Below are positions 24,347 to 37,364 of a stretch of DNA of 64,000 bases, in pieces (the stretch's first letter is position 1; each line of letters begins with the position of its first letter). This DNA is from Macrostomum lignano (lineage: Eukaryota): NCBI GenBank assembly GCA_002269645.1, contig NIVC01000095.1, forward strand, positions 496,001 to 560,000, written 5' to 3'. The position numbers and the translations under genes were made by a program. The notes beneath the pieces were generated by a model, which ran no database searches, was not told where the DNA came from, and worked only from the letters and a program-made list of their open reading frames with translations.

Positions 24347-25579
24347 ATGCGCAACAGTCGGCCGAGTCGGCCGATCCGGCCGAGTCGGCCGATCCGGCCG
24401 ACCGATTTGGCGGCCAACCAAGGAAGTCGCAAAAATGCCAACCCGAAAAAACACCGAGTAGTAGTACTAAGTAGCTGACGAGGCATTTTGGCTTTATAAG
24501 ACAGTCATAGTTACTCCTGCCGTTTACCCAAAGTTGCGTTTATTTTGCTTTCGGGTTTTTTTTACATGTAAGTCGCATTTTTGGCCAAAAACTACGTCGC
24601 ATTTTTGTTAAAACTAAGTCGCATGGCCGACCGAAATTTGGAGGTTGCGCATGTATGCTACTACTACTACTACTTACTACTACTACTACTGCTACTACTA
24701 CAATAATACTGCTACTACTACCACTGATACTACTGCTGCAACTACTACTTACTACTACTACTGCTACTACTAATACTGCTACTACTACTACTACTACTAC
24801 TTACTACTTCTACTACTACTGCTACTACTAATACTGCTGCTACTACTACTACTTACTACTATACTAATACTACCACTGTAGATATTCCTTATACATATTT
24901 ATCATTGATGCTCTTCAGTTTATCGTAGAGAATTGACCCAATCTAAAATACCGCTACCATTTACAATCCCTCCCTATTGCAGGTGAACCCGCAGTCTCCT
25001 ATGTACAATGTCTGGCATCTGTACTCATTAGTTGCCATAGCAACCTGGCTCAGTTCGACCGTATTCCACGCTAAAGATATTCCCCTAACAGAACAATTAG
25101 ACTACTTCAGTGCCCTATTGTACTTATTAACCTGTTTATTCTGTCTAGCTTGTCGCCTTACAGTCCAGCGAGACAACGACTACAGTAAGAACCGTTCAAA
25201 TTTGATTGGCCTAGCCGCTGTGGCCATTGCTTCAATCGTATTCTATATTCGTCACGTTTGGTATTTGAGCTGCGTGCATTTTGACTATGGCTACAATATG
25301 ACGGTGAATTTAAGCGTTGGAGCTGCCAATTGTATAGGCTGGTTAATCTGGTCCATCCGGAGAGTTCGTTCTCAACCTTACACGCGCGATTGCCTACTAA
25401 CAGTAGCATTATTGAACGGTCTAGTGCTGTTGGAAGTGTTGGATTTTCCGCCCATTTGGTGGGTATTGGATGCTCACAGCCTGTGGCACGGTGGCACTGT
25501 GCTGCTAGCCGTGCCCTGGTATCGATTCGCTATTGCCGATTGTAATTATCTGCTTTCAGAGAAGCAGAAGTCACTTTAA
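23792..25579 (+). CDS. PGAP3: Post-GPI attachment to proteins factor 3 (Per1 family), 2 exons, 326 aa
   Basis: Exons 23792-24175 and 24983-25579, phase 0. Signal peptide, ASEGD, Cys-rich N-domain, KFYGRWPF, QEPASALFS, STVFHAKD, LDYFSA, LEVLDFPP, DAHSLWH. AATAAA at 25604-25609. Confidence 0.93.
24290..24880. repeat. (CTA)n microsatellite in the PGAP3 intron
   Basis: Flanks the MITE on both sides. Confidence 0.9.
24342..24657 (-). mobile_element. Same MITE family as 8984-9280, copy 3, inserted in (CTA)n
   Basis: Perfect 14-bp TIR catacatgcgcaac...gttgcgcatgtatg. The register shift of the host repeat fits a 2/5/8-bp TSD (ctactact). Confidence 0.85.
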
Positions 25580-25683
25580 CTTTTGTAGTACATTTTATAG
25601 TAAAATAAAGGCAACGCTTTAAGTTTTTGCTGCTGCTGGATTTGATTCTCTGGATGCTCATCCGCAAGAATTTCGGCCTTCCC

Positions 25684-26190
25684 TCTAGGCTGAGTTTTGT
25701 CCGTCTAAATTTGTCTTTTCTCCTTACTGCTCTCTCATTGGCTGAGCTGAATTGGGCCTGCCCCTAGACTGAGTTTCGTCCGTCTGACTTTGACCTTCTC
25801 TCCTTACTACTCTCTCATTGGCTGAGCTGAATTGGGCTTGCGCCTAGGCTGAGTTTCGTCCGTCTGACTTTGACCTTCTCTCCTTACTGCTCTCTCATTG
25901 GCTGAGCTGAATTGGGCTTGCGCCTAGGCTGAGTTTCGTCCGTCTGACTTTGACCTTCTCTCCTTACTGCTCTCTCATTGGCTGAGCTGAATTGGGCTTG
26001 CGCCTAGGCTGAGTTTCGTCCGTCTGACTTTGACCTTCTCTCCTTACTGCTCTCTCATTGGCTGAGCTGAATTGGGCTTGCGCCTAGGCTGAGTTTCGTC
26101 CGTCTGACTTTGACCTTCTCTCCTTACTGCTCTATCATTGGCTGAGCTAGATTGGACCTGCCCCCCCTTGGCTGAATTTCGTCCGTCTTG
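25684..26190. repeat. 80-bp tandem repeat, ~6 copies
   Basis: cgcctagg recurs at 25841, 25921, 26001 and 26081. Confidence 0.9.
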
Positions 26191-26984
26191 CGTTCAGTTG
26201 TGTACATCGAGTTAAATACATGTTGTTCATTCTTAACACCATTTGCTCCTGAGGTTGCGCCGCAAGCCCCAAAAGGCAAGGAAATTTTACCTTCCACCAT
26301 AAATTTAAGTGGTACTGCGCAGACAAACTACTGTAAAAAAGTATAGACGCACAACTTGAAATTCAATTGAGAAATATAGAGTTATTCTAGTTATCTGTGG
26401 CTGAAATTAAATTTCCCGATAAACTGTATCTCGAAATTTCTAATGCAGCAAAACTCAATACTGTTAGTTGGCGTGTATTGCATACTTAACGCCTTTTAAA
26501 AAGGTCACTAATTATTTTCCTTAATTTTGTACGTTTTTTTCTTTCTTGCTTTTTATGAAAGATGTAATATTGATTCGTTTCCTTTAGTTTCTGCTTGTAA
26601 CTGTCCGTGTTTTTTATTCATTAACGAATAAAATTATTAAATTATGGAGTTAACAAAAATCCGACATTCGAAACTGTTTATAATCTGTCTTTCTGTTTGT
26701 TTTTTCCTGCCTATAGTTCGGTGTGTTTTGTACTTATACTTTGTCTGTCACTTACACTATCTTTATGAAAAAGTAAATTTCTATCGAACTCTTAAGTACA
26801 TCTTTTCGGGTTTCCACTGCTGTTACATTTTGATGAGGTATTTTTGTAGTGTGTGCCATTAAGCTTTTGTGTATTTTTTAATATAAATATTCAATATAAC
26901 ATTATATGGAACGTTTTACTATAATTTGCGAGTTGTAAACTATAGATTTAGACGTTTCTTATATTTCTTATCGTTGTTTAATGA

Positions 26985-28045
26985 TGTCAGATCAGTCAGA
27001 TTGTCCAACCCCAGTCTGTGTCAGATCAGTCAGATTGTCAAACCCCAGTCTGTGTCAGATCATTCAGATTGTCAAACCCCAGTCTGTGTCAGATCATTCA
27101 GATTGTCAAACCCCTGTCTGTGTCAGATCATTCAGATTGTCAAACCCCAGTCTGTGTCAGATCAGTCAGATTGTCAAACCCCAGTCTGTGTCAGATCAGT
27201 CAGATTGTCCAACCCCAGTCTGTGTCAGATCAGTCAGATTGTCAAACCCCAGTCTGTGTCAGATCATTCAGATTGTCAAACCCCAGTCTGTGTCAGATCA
27301 ATCAGATTGTCAAACCCCTGTCTGTGTCAGATCAGTCAGATTGTCCAACCCCAGTCTGTGTCAGATCAGTCAGATTGTCAAACCCCAGTCTGTGTCAGAT
27401 CAGTCAGATTGTCAAACCCCTGTCTGTGTCAGATCATTCAGATTGTCAAACCCCAGTCTGTGTCAGATCAGTCAGATTGTCAAACCCCAGTCTGTGTCAG
27501 ATCAGTCAGATTGTCAAACCCCTGTCTGTGTCAGATCATTCAGATTGTCAAACCCCAGTCTGTGTCAGATCAGTCAGATTGTCAAACCCCTGTCTGTGTC
27601 AGATCATTCAGATTGTCAAACCCCAGTCTGTGTCAGATCAGTCAGATTGTCCAACCCCAGTCTGTGTCAGATTATTCAGATTGTCCAACCCCAGTCTGTG
27701 TCAGATCATTCAGATTGTCAAACCCCAGTCTGTGTCAGATCAGTCAGATTGTCCAACCCCAGTCTGTGTCAGATCATTCAGATTGTCAAACCCCAGTCTG
27801 TGTCAGATCATTCAGATTGTCAAACCCCAGTCTGTGTCAGATCAGTCAGATTGTCCAACCCCAGTCTGTGTCAGATCAGTCAGATTGTCAGACCCCAGTC
27901 TGTGTCAGATCATTCAGATTGTCAAACCCCAGTCTGTGTCAGATCATTCAGATTGTCAAACCCCAGTCTGTGTCAGATCATTCAGATTGTCAAACTCCAG
28001 TCTGTGTCAGATCAGTCAGATTGTCAGACCCCAGTCTGTGTCAGT
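26985..28045. repeat. 34-bp minisatellite (tcagatcagtcagattgtcaaaccccagtctgtg), ~31 copies
   Basis: Homogeneous tandem array. Confidence 0.95.
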
Positions 28046-28197
28046 TAAAGTCAGACGGGATTTGTACAGTGTTTGTCATCACAAATCTATATGCAATCAG
28101 CCGTATTTATTTATGTGCTATCTAATTTTTCAGACTGTGCAATCCAGCTGCTGTAGCCATTGAAAAAAATTGAAAAAATTGTATTAAACACATTTAT

Positions 28198-28656
28198 ATG
28201 GCAGCTGCAGCCACAGCTGTGAATGTGCAGCAGAGAATCCAGCAACTTCGCCGTCTTGTACAGCTAGTAGAACAGGCCACTCCGCAACTGACACAGCGTC
28301 GCCAACAGCGTCAGCAACAGCAGGGGTCAGACTTCGGTCTGCATCTGCGCAATCTTGTCCGAGTTCGTTGCTCTTCAGCCTCTTGTCCTGACGAGTACGT
28401 CTCAGCGCAGGAAGCCGCCCTCAGAGATCTGCTAGCTAGCAGGGCTAAACGAGATTTTCCCTGTCAACCGTTGGCTGTTGACGTTCAGCCAAGTACGCAG
28501 CGCATTCTTCAGCGCTGGACAGCTACTGGCGTCGATTCTGCAATCTTAGACCCTACTACTAATAGTACTACGGAAGACGAGCAAACCGAACAATATTTGC
28601 AGCAATTGCGCAAGTGGGACACGTTTAAACTTCGGCTAACCAATTCTTCGGCCTGA
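28198..28656 (+). CDS. UQCC2/Cbp6-like mitochondrial complex III assembly factor, single exon, 152 aa
   Basis: Non-repetitive, coding-like ORF. LRRLVQLVEQ...GSDFGLHLRNLV...ALRDLLASRAKRDFP resembles, as recalled, UQCC2 YRRFLKLCEEW...GRDLGAYLRQRV...SLARLHSNYYKHKYP. Weak similarity judged by eye. Confidence 0.55.
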   Translation: MAAAATAVNVQQRIQQLRRLVQLVEQATPQLTQRRQQRQQQQGSDFGLHLRNLVRVRCSSASCPDEYVSAQEAALRDLLASRAKRDFPCQPLAVDVQPSTQRILQRWTATGVDSAILDPTTNSTTEDEQTEQYLQQLRKWDTFKLRLTNSSA

Positions 28657-28716
28657 TTATACTACTGTTAGTAGAAATATTAGTAGTAGTAGTAGCTAAA
28701 TTTATTAATTAACAAT

Positions 28717-31700
28717 ATGGAATCTGTCTGTTTAGCCCTAGATCGTGTTACCCGCCTATTAGACAACTATTTACCTTTGCCGAATGCTCACGCTAATGAT
28801 TTTCTAACGTTGGACATGTGGTCTGGCATGCTGCCAGATGGCATTGCAAGGTAATTATCATATTGTAATTATCTTTCTGAGAAAGCTACATATCTTGATC
28901 AAAATATTATCTGTCGGAAATTTTTTTGACAGCCAATTAGACGGCCTGTCGAGAGACCGCGATCTAATCGAACTGTTTCAATTGCATCGGAATCGGTTAT
29001 TAACTGACGAGGGGCACTGGCTATCCGCTTGTCAGTCACTTGATGGCATGCCTTCACCGAATCCGTGAGTTTTATTTAGATCGGCTGTTTTTTGACTGCC
29101 ACCTGACTATATCTAAGGCGCTTAAGCGTTTATCAGTGCCAAGTTAAATACAATTGTTATAGCCCCAACAAAATGCAGTTAGTGCCGACTAAATACAATT
29201 GAAAAGTGTCAAACAAACACTGTGCCAGATAAACACAGTGTGAAATAAACACAGCGCAAAACATTCTAGCGCTAAATAAACACACATTGTAGTGCCAAAT
29301 CAGCACATTGTAGTGCCAAATAAACACACATTGTAGTGCCAAATCAGCACACATTGTAGTGCCAAATCAGCACATTGTATTGCCAAATAAACACACATTG
29401 TATTGCCAAATAAACACACATTGTAGCGCCAAATCAGCACATTGTATTGCCAAATAAACACACATTGTATTGCCAAATAAACACACATTATATTGCCAAA
29501 TAAACACACATTGTAGTGCCAAATAAACACACATTGTAGCGCCAAATCAGCACATTGTATTGCCAAATAAACACACATTGTATTGCCAAATAAACACACA
29601 TTGTATTGCCAAATAAACACACATTGTAGTGCCAAATAAACACACATTGTAGCGCCAAATCAGCACATTGTATTGCCAAATAAACACACATTGTATTGCC
29701 AAATAAACACACATTGTAGTGCCAAATAAACACACATTGTAGCGCCAAATCAGCACATTGTATTGCCAAATAAACACACATTGTATTGCCAAATAAACAC
29801 ACATTGTATTGCCAAATAAACACACATTGTAGCGCCAAATCAGCACATTGTATTGCCAAATAAACACACATTGTATTGCCAAAAAAACACACATTGTATT
29901 GCCAAATAAACACACATTGTAGTGCCAAATAAACACACATTGTAGTGCCAAATCAGCACACATTGTAGCGCCAAATAAGCACACATTGTAGTGCCAAATA
30001 AGCACACATTGTAGTGCCAAATCAGCACATTGTAGTGCCAAATAAACACACATTGTAGTGCCAAATCAGCACACATTGTAGTGCCAAATCAGCACATTGT
30101 ATTGCCAAATAAACACACATTGTATTGCCAAATAAACACACATTGTAGCGCCAAATCAGCACATTGTATTGCCAAATAAACACACATTGTATTGCCAAAT
30201 AAACACACATTGTATTGCCAAATAAACACACATTGTAGTGCCAAATAAACACACATTGTAGTGCCAAATCAGCACACATTGTAGCGCCAAATAAGCACAC
30301 ATTGTAGTGCCAAATAAGCACACATTGTAGTGCCAAATCAGCACACATTGTAGCGCCAAATAAGCACACATTGTAGCGCCAAATAAGCACACATTGTAGT
30401 GCCAAATAAGCACACATTGTAGTGCCAAATCAGCACACATTGTAGTGCCAAATAAGCACACATTGTAGCGCCAAATAAACACACATTGTAGTGCCAAATC
30501 AGCACACATTGTAGTGCCAAATAAGCACACATTGTAGTGCCAAATCAGCACATTGTAGTGCCAAATCAGCACACATTGTAGTGCCAAATAAGCACACATT
30601 GTAGTGCCAAATCAGCACATTGTAGTGCCAAATAAACACACATTGTATTGCCAAATAAACACACATTGTAGTGCCAAATCAGCACATTGTAGTGCCAAAT
30701 AAACACACATTGTAGTGCCAAATCAGCACATTGTAGTGCCAAATAAACACACATTGTATCTCCCAATCAGCACACATTGTAGAGCCAAATAAGCACACAT
30801 TGTAGTGCCAAATAAGCACACATTGTAGTGCCAAATCAGCACACATTGTAGTGCCAAATCAGCACACATTGTATTGCCAAATCAGCACACATTGTAGTGC
30901 CAAATCAGCACACATTGTAGTGCCAAATCAGCACATTGTAGCGCCAAATAAGCACACATTGTATTGCCAAATCAGCACACATTGTATTGCCAAATCAGCA
31001 CACATTACAGTGCCAAATAAACACACATTGTAGTGCCAAATCAGCACACATTGTAGTGCCAAATCAGCACATTGTATTGTCAAATAAACACACATTGTAG
31101 TGCCAAATCAGCACATTGTAGTGCCAAATAAACACACATTGTAGTGCCAAATCAGCACATTGTAGTGCCAAATAAGCACACATTGTAGTGCCAAATCAGC
31201 ACACATTGTAGTGCCAAATCAGCACATTGTAGTGCCAAATAAACACACATTGTAGTGCCCAATCAGCACACATTGTAGAGCCAAATAAGCACACATTGTA
31301 GTGCCAAATAAGCACACATTGTAGTGCCAAATCAGCACACATTGTAGTGCCAAATCAGCACACATTGTATTGCCAAATCAGCACACATTGTAGTGCCAAA
31401 TCAGCACACATTGTAGTGCCAAATCAGCACATTGTAGCGCCAAATAAGCACACATTGTATTGCCAAATCAGCACACATTGTATTGCCTAATCAGCACACA
31501 TTGCAGTGCCATATAAACACACATTGTAGTGCCAAATCAGCACACATTGCAGTGCCAAATAAACACACATTGTAGTGCCAAATAAGCACATTGTAGTGCC
31601 AAATAAGCACACATTGTAGTGCCAAATCAGCACATTGTAGTGCCAAATCAGCACACATTGTAGTGCCAAATCAGCACACATTGTAGTGCCAAATCAGCAC

Positions 31701-33022
31701 ACATTGTAGTGCCAAATCAGCACACATTGTAGTGCCAAATCAGCACACATTGTAGTGCCAAATCAGCACACATTGTAGTGCCAAATCAGCACATTGTAGC
31801 GCCAAATAAGCACACATTGTATTGCCAAATCAGCACACATTGTATTGCCAAATCAGCACACATTGCAGTGCCATATAAACACACATTGTAGTGCCAAATC
31901 AGCACACATTGCAGTGCCAAATAAACACACATTGTAGTGCCAAATAAGCACATTGTAGTGCCAAATAAGCACACATTGTATTGCCAAATCAGCACATTGT
32001 AGTGCCAAATCAGCACACATTGTAGTGCCAAATCAGCACACATTGTAGTGCCAAATCAGCACACATTGTAGTGCCAAATCAGCACATTGTAGTGCCAAAT
32101 CAGCACACATTGTAGTGCCAAATCAGCACACATTGTATTGCCAAATAAACACACATTGTAGTGCCAAATAAACACACATTTAGCTCCAAATAAAACACAT
32201 TGTAGAGCCAAATAAACACATTTTAGCGCCAAATACACTATTTATCCATTTCCTCATCTGTTTTTTACCCATCCATCCAGGCCAATAGACATCTTCCCCA
32301 ATGGCCAATTCAATAAGCTGGCCGCTCCAGTGTGGCGTCACACATCGCTAGACACCCTGGCCAGAGACTGCGCCGCCTGCTGTCTAGACTGTCTTCGAGT
32401 TGCTGCTCAAAGCTTCGCCGAACTCGAACAGCACCAGCAGGCATCAAGCAGCACTGATGAAGCCAGCGCCTCTTCAACCAGCGCATTTATTAGTCACGCT
32501 ATGGGTATTAAAAAATCGCACGAAGTCGAACAGATGTCGATAATTTGCGACAGATTAGCGCGCTCTAGAGGCGTTGATTTACTAGTAGATGTTGGCTCTG
32601 GGAAAGGCTACCTGGGCGCTTGTTTGTACCTGGCTCACGGTCAGCGAGTGCTGGAGATTGACGCTAAGCCGGGCAACACGGCTGGGGCTATCAAGCGCCG
32701 CGATAATTTAGAAGAGAAATGGCGATTCCTGCAAAGACGCGCCGAAGGCAACGTTAAACGCCTGACTCCGGAAGAGTATCGCGCCGAACAGGAAGTGTCA
32801 GCCTCTACTGCTACCGGTGATGATGAAGCTGCGTCTTTCTGCGCTTCGATTAGCGCAGTAGTTCGAGACGCTCAACATTTGGCTGATATTGTGGCCGAGA
32901 AGTGCGGAGCTAAGGTTCGAGGAACAGTCTGTTGTACATTTAGGGGTGGCAAGAAGCAGTCATGCCATGTACACACGCTTGCACAGGGTGTACAGCGGCT
33001 TTAGATAGATAGGTAGATAGGT

Positions 33023-33095
<73 letters not shown>

Positions 33096-33120
33096 TAGAT
33101 AGATAGACAGATAGATAGAC

Positions 33121-33165
<45 letters not shown>

Positions 33166-35579
33166 GATAGATAGATAGTGTTGTACCTGTGGTTGTCCTG
33201 CTGTACAGCGCAGTGACTTGGGCTCCGTCCTCTCACTTAGAAGCCTTCTTAACTTTAGTAGCGTAGGTAGTGCTGCCACCAGTTCCTTCAGGTCTCGGCC
33301 TTCAGTGAGGTGAGCTTCCCGTCGGAACGAAATAACGAAGTCAACGAACACAGCACCTAGCGCAGATTTGCAGTTCAACGTACTAGGCGTCTCGTCAGCC
33401 GTACCTGCCGGGCTTGGATGGCAGAGGGAGGGCTGAGTTAGTCTCTCGTAGGCTTGTGGCGCTTTAGTCGGGTCTCAGTCAGACCAATACGGACAGACTC
33501 AATGTATGCAGAGACTCAGACACTCGGGACGTAATCACACGGAAGAACAAGACTAGCACAGAACTAGACACAGAACAGACTCCTTGACAGAAACAAGGGG
33601 GAGAGGGCTCCTATTTATAGCCGGGAAACACCCACGCAGAAGACCTCGTGACTTGTTCTATTTTTAAAACTGACGTCACTCGAGAGTCTTGGGCAGGGTA
33701 GAAGCGTGCGGAAGACCTCGTGACTTGTTCTATTTTTAGAACTGACGTCACTTGAGGTCCCCGGCCAGAGTACACGCGGCTGTGACTCAGTTGCTATTTT
33801 TAGCAACATGAGTCACTCCTCTCCTTAGAGAAGGGAGGGGTCCGAAAGCACGTGACTCACCCGGTAAACAGGGCCAACGAGTGCAGTAAACATGTTTACT
33901 GCACTTTAGGACTTGAAGAACGCAATGTCTGTCATGTGACTTGCTCACATGACAGAGGAAAACGGGACGGGAACGAAACAGAGACAGCCCACAGCAGAGA
34001 AGCTAAGGGCTGAGAACAAAGACGCAAAAGGCCAGAACAGGCCAAGGGCAGCAGCAGACAGACGAAAGGGAGGGGCGGGAAGCTGACCAGCGGCAGACAG
34101 CAACCCAGGGCGAAGGCGAGGGAACAGCTGACAAGGGCGACGCCTAACCATAAACTAGCGGCTCACTACAATAGATAGACAGATAGATAGATAGATTTTC
34201 ATTAATTTTGCACACACTGTCCTCGCAGGGCGGACCTTTCGGCTTAATCGGACTGCACACTTGCGGCCAGCTGGCCTGCACCCTGCTGCAGTTCTACGAT
34301 CAGTCGCCTAACTGCGGCCTGCTAGTTAACGTTGGCTGCTGTTATAATCTGCTAACCGAAGCCTTCTGCACCAGTCCTTGCGAGCAGCTGCAGAGGGTAT
34401 TTTATTATTATATCTATTGACAGCGTGTCATTACTATTACTACTTGTTAGTAGTGTAGAAATTAAAGTGTACACACTGCATAGTCAGCAGATAAGTTGAA
34501 ACAACAAACCAAATCAGCAATTCAACAACAACATACAATTAAAATTACTCGTAATGAACAACAACAACCATGAATAACCAAAACAACAACCATTAACAAC
34601 CAAATCAACAAAACAACAACCATTAACAACCAAATCAACAAAACTACAACCATTAACAACCAAATCAACAAAGCAACAACCATTAACAACCAAATCAACA
34701 AAACTACAACCATTAACAAACAAATCAACAAAACAACAACCATTAACAACCAAATCAACAAAACAACAACCATTAACAACCAAATCAACAAAACTACAAC
34801 CATTAACAACCAAATCAACAAAACTACAACCATTAACAACCAAATCAACAGAAAAACAACCATTAACAACCAAATCAACAAAACAGCAACCATTAACAAC
34901 CAAATCAACAAAACTACAACCATTAACAACCAAATCAACAAAACAACAACCATTAACAACCAACTCAGCAAAACAACAATAGTAAACAACATTGGCAACA
35001 ACCAACCGATTGCAGCAGCAAGAGGCAGCCCAGTCCATCGAGCCGCCAGCCCCCGGTTTTCCTCTCTCCGCCCGACTGCAAGCTCGCCGATTCTGCATCG
35101 GTCGCAACGCCAGAATTCTGGCATCGCAGAGCCCTGAGCGGCTGGCAGATTCAGAAGACCAAAGACAGATGCACCGGTCAATGTTCTATCGAGTGCTGCT
35201 GCAACAGCTGCTGCTGGATCAGCTGGGCAGAACCGATGACAACTGGGTTGTTGGCAAGATTGGCAAACGGTGTCCGGATTTCTTAGCTTATGCTAGACTG
35301 GGCATGAAACGTCTGGGCTTGGCTGAACTGTCCGAACAGATTAGCGATGAGTGCATAGTTGAGTATGAGCACAGGTTTGCTCACGTTGAACGGAGATTGT
35401 TTCGATTTTTTCTTCTCCGCTGTCTACTCGCTCCGGCTGTGGAGGCTTGCATCCTGCTCGACCGGCTGCTGTGGCTCATGGAGCGGCGGCAACAGGGCAA
35501 TTCAACGCCGCCAAGATTGTGTAGAATTTTTCAGCCGAAAATGTCACCGCGTTGCTATGCTATTGTGGCTTCTAAGTAG
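28717..35579 (+). CDS. METTL25: Methyltransferase-like protein 25, 5 exons, 543 aa
   Basis: Exons 28717-28850, 28933-29064, 32281-32914, 34229-34396, 35016-35579 (1632 nt; the donor at 32915, gttcga, is weak). Motifs [19 protein letters not shown] motif [60 protein letters not shown]. Confidence 0.88.
29270..32240. repeat. ~3-kb 21/23-bp minisatellite (acacattgtagtgccaaatcagc) in METTL25 intron 2
   Basis: Mixed 21- and 23-bp variants. Confidence 0.95.
33000..33178. repeat. (GACA)n/(GATA)n microsatellite; resumes at 34171
   Basis: Interrupted by the solo LTR. Confidence 0.9.
33179..34170 (-). mobile_element. Solo LTR (Ty3/Gypsy-like), 992 bp, in METTL25 intron 3
   Basis: TG...CA ends (tgttgta...actaca) and a 4-bp TSD ATAG (33175-33178, 34171-34174). 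TATAAAT on the - strand at ~33612-33620, with a duplicated ~70-bp enhancer-like block upstream of it. Confidence 0.75.
34540..34990. repeat. 30-bp minisatellite (aacaaccattaacaaccaaatcaacaaaac) in METTL25 intron 4
   Basis: Tandem array running almost up to the acceptor. Confidence 0.9.
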
Positions 35580-35859
35580 ATTGATTGATTGATTTGCAAG
35601 CCTTGTTTTGCTGATAATTGTCGTCGACTTGAAATATCCAACAACATTAAGAATCTTAATAAATTATAATCGTATTATTATATAAACATTGGTGTTTAAA
35701 TGCTGCCACGACGTGTTTTGCTGTATTTTGATTAATTTCTGTTTAGTTATTGTTTTATAGTTGGCAGAGAATACCTGAGATTTCCCTGAGAATTCCCCAG
35801 CATTCACCTAGGATTAATCGAGCGGCACATCAATTCCTCTGTGAGGAGAATCCGTGAAA

Positions 35860-36610
35860 TTCCCATGCAAATTCTACACTGGATTTCCCCGAAAATCCTT
35901 CACTGGATTCCCCCGAGAATCCTCCACTGGATTCCCCGAGAATCCTCCACTGGATTCCCCCGAGAATTCTCCACTGGATTCCCCCGAGAATCCTCCACTG
36001 GATTCCCCCAAGAATCCTCCACTGGAATCCCCTCGAAAATCCTCCACTGGATTCCCCCGAGAATCCTCCACTGGATTCCCCCGAGAATCCTCCACTAGAT
36101 TCCCCCGAGAATCCTCCACTGGATTCCCCCGAGAATCCTCCACTGGATTCCCCCGAGAATCCTTCACTGGATTCCCTTGAAAATCCTTCACTGGATTCCC
36201 CCGAGAATCATCCACTGGATTCCCCCGAGAATTCTCCACTGGATTCCCCCGAGAATCCTCCACTGGATTCCCCCGAGAATCCTCCACTGGATTCCCCCGA
36301 GAATCCTCCACTGGATTCCCCCGAGAATCCTTCACTGGATTCCCCCGAGAATCCTTCACTGGATTCCCCCGAGAATCCTCCACTGGATTCCCCGAGAATC
36401 CTCCACTGGATTCCCCCGAGAATTCTCCACTGGATTCCCCCGAGAATCCTCCACTGGATTCCCCCGAGAATCCTCCACTGGATTCCCTCGAGAATCCTCC
36501 ACTGGATTCCCCCGAGAATCCTTCACTGGATTCCCTTGAGAATCCTTCACTGGATTCCCCCGAGAATCCTTCACTGGATTCCCCCGAGAATCCTCCACTG
36601 GATTCCCCAG
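35860..36610. repeat. 24-bp minisatellite (cactggattcccccgagaatcctc)
   Basis: Tandem array. Confidence 0.95.
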
Positions 36611-37049
36611 AAAATTTCCATGTAATGCCCTAAAAGAATTCTGCCTTAAATTTTCTCTTTGATCCCTATGAATTCCCCATGGAATTTCCCTATGGGAATC
36701 CCAAATTGAATTCTCCAGACAACAATTCATTAAACAATTCTTTTTGGAAACCCTCATAATATTTACAAGATACAGCTGATGTCAAATACGGTAAAAATTG
36801 ATTTAAATGTTAGCAAAAAGTTTTAACTGAAGTTCGCTTTTGTCTTTGCATGAAGACTGCATTAGCTAATCCCAAATATTAATATCTATTCTCATTTATC
36901 CCTTTCAGCTTGGTACACTCTCAGCAAAGAGAAAACTGTCAGAGAATGTAGCCTAATTGGATGTAACGCTTGTTCAGATTGTTTGTCATTATTTTAATCG
37001 GATCCAACAATATTTTCCTAATTGCGCAATATACTACTGTCGGCCAATC

Positions 37050-37364
37050 ATGTCGGCCAATCAGAACTTGCAAGTGCCTAATGATACTCAGCTGGTAAAT
37101 TTGCTTGAGCACGAAAAGGAATCCACATCTGTGAAGGACTCGAGCAGTGTTGGCTCGCAAAGCCAGAATAACCTTGTCGTAGAGTTCGTTGGGTCAGCTC
37201 AGGACAACGGAGGACAACCACTGCCTGAGCCCTCGGATGCTCCAAGTATTCCGTATTTTCCGCCCGATGAGCAGGTGCCTGCTGGCAGAGTCTTCAATTC
37301 CCTGCCGAGTAGCTTTCGCTATTCCACACCGCCTGAAATGCCGGATGTTGATCGGCCTTATTGA
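37050..37364 (+). CDS. Hypothetical 104-aa acidic/Pro-rich protein
   Basis: Non-repetitive ORF with exon-like GC content in an AT-rich context (MSANQNLQVPND...FRYSTPPEMPDVDRPY). No family recognised. Confidence 0.5.
   Translation: MSANQNLQVPNDTQLVNLLEHEKESTSVKDSSSVGSQSQNNLVVEFVGSAQDNGGQPLPEPSDAPSIPYFPPDEQVPAGRVFNSLPSSFRYSTPPEMPDVDRPY

Noticed and set aside
26926-28163. Cys-rich 355-399-aa ORFs
   Set aside because: Artefact of the 34-bp repeat cycling through frames. The same applies to the ORFs over 29-32 kb, 35.8-36.6 kb, 37.4-38.3 kb, 39.3-41.1 kb, 46.7-48 kb, 56.5-58 kb and 60-60.9 kb.
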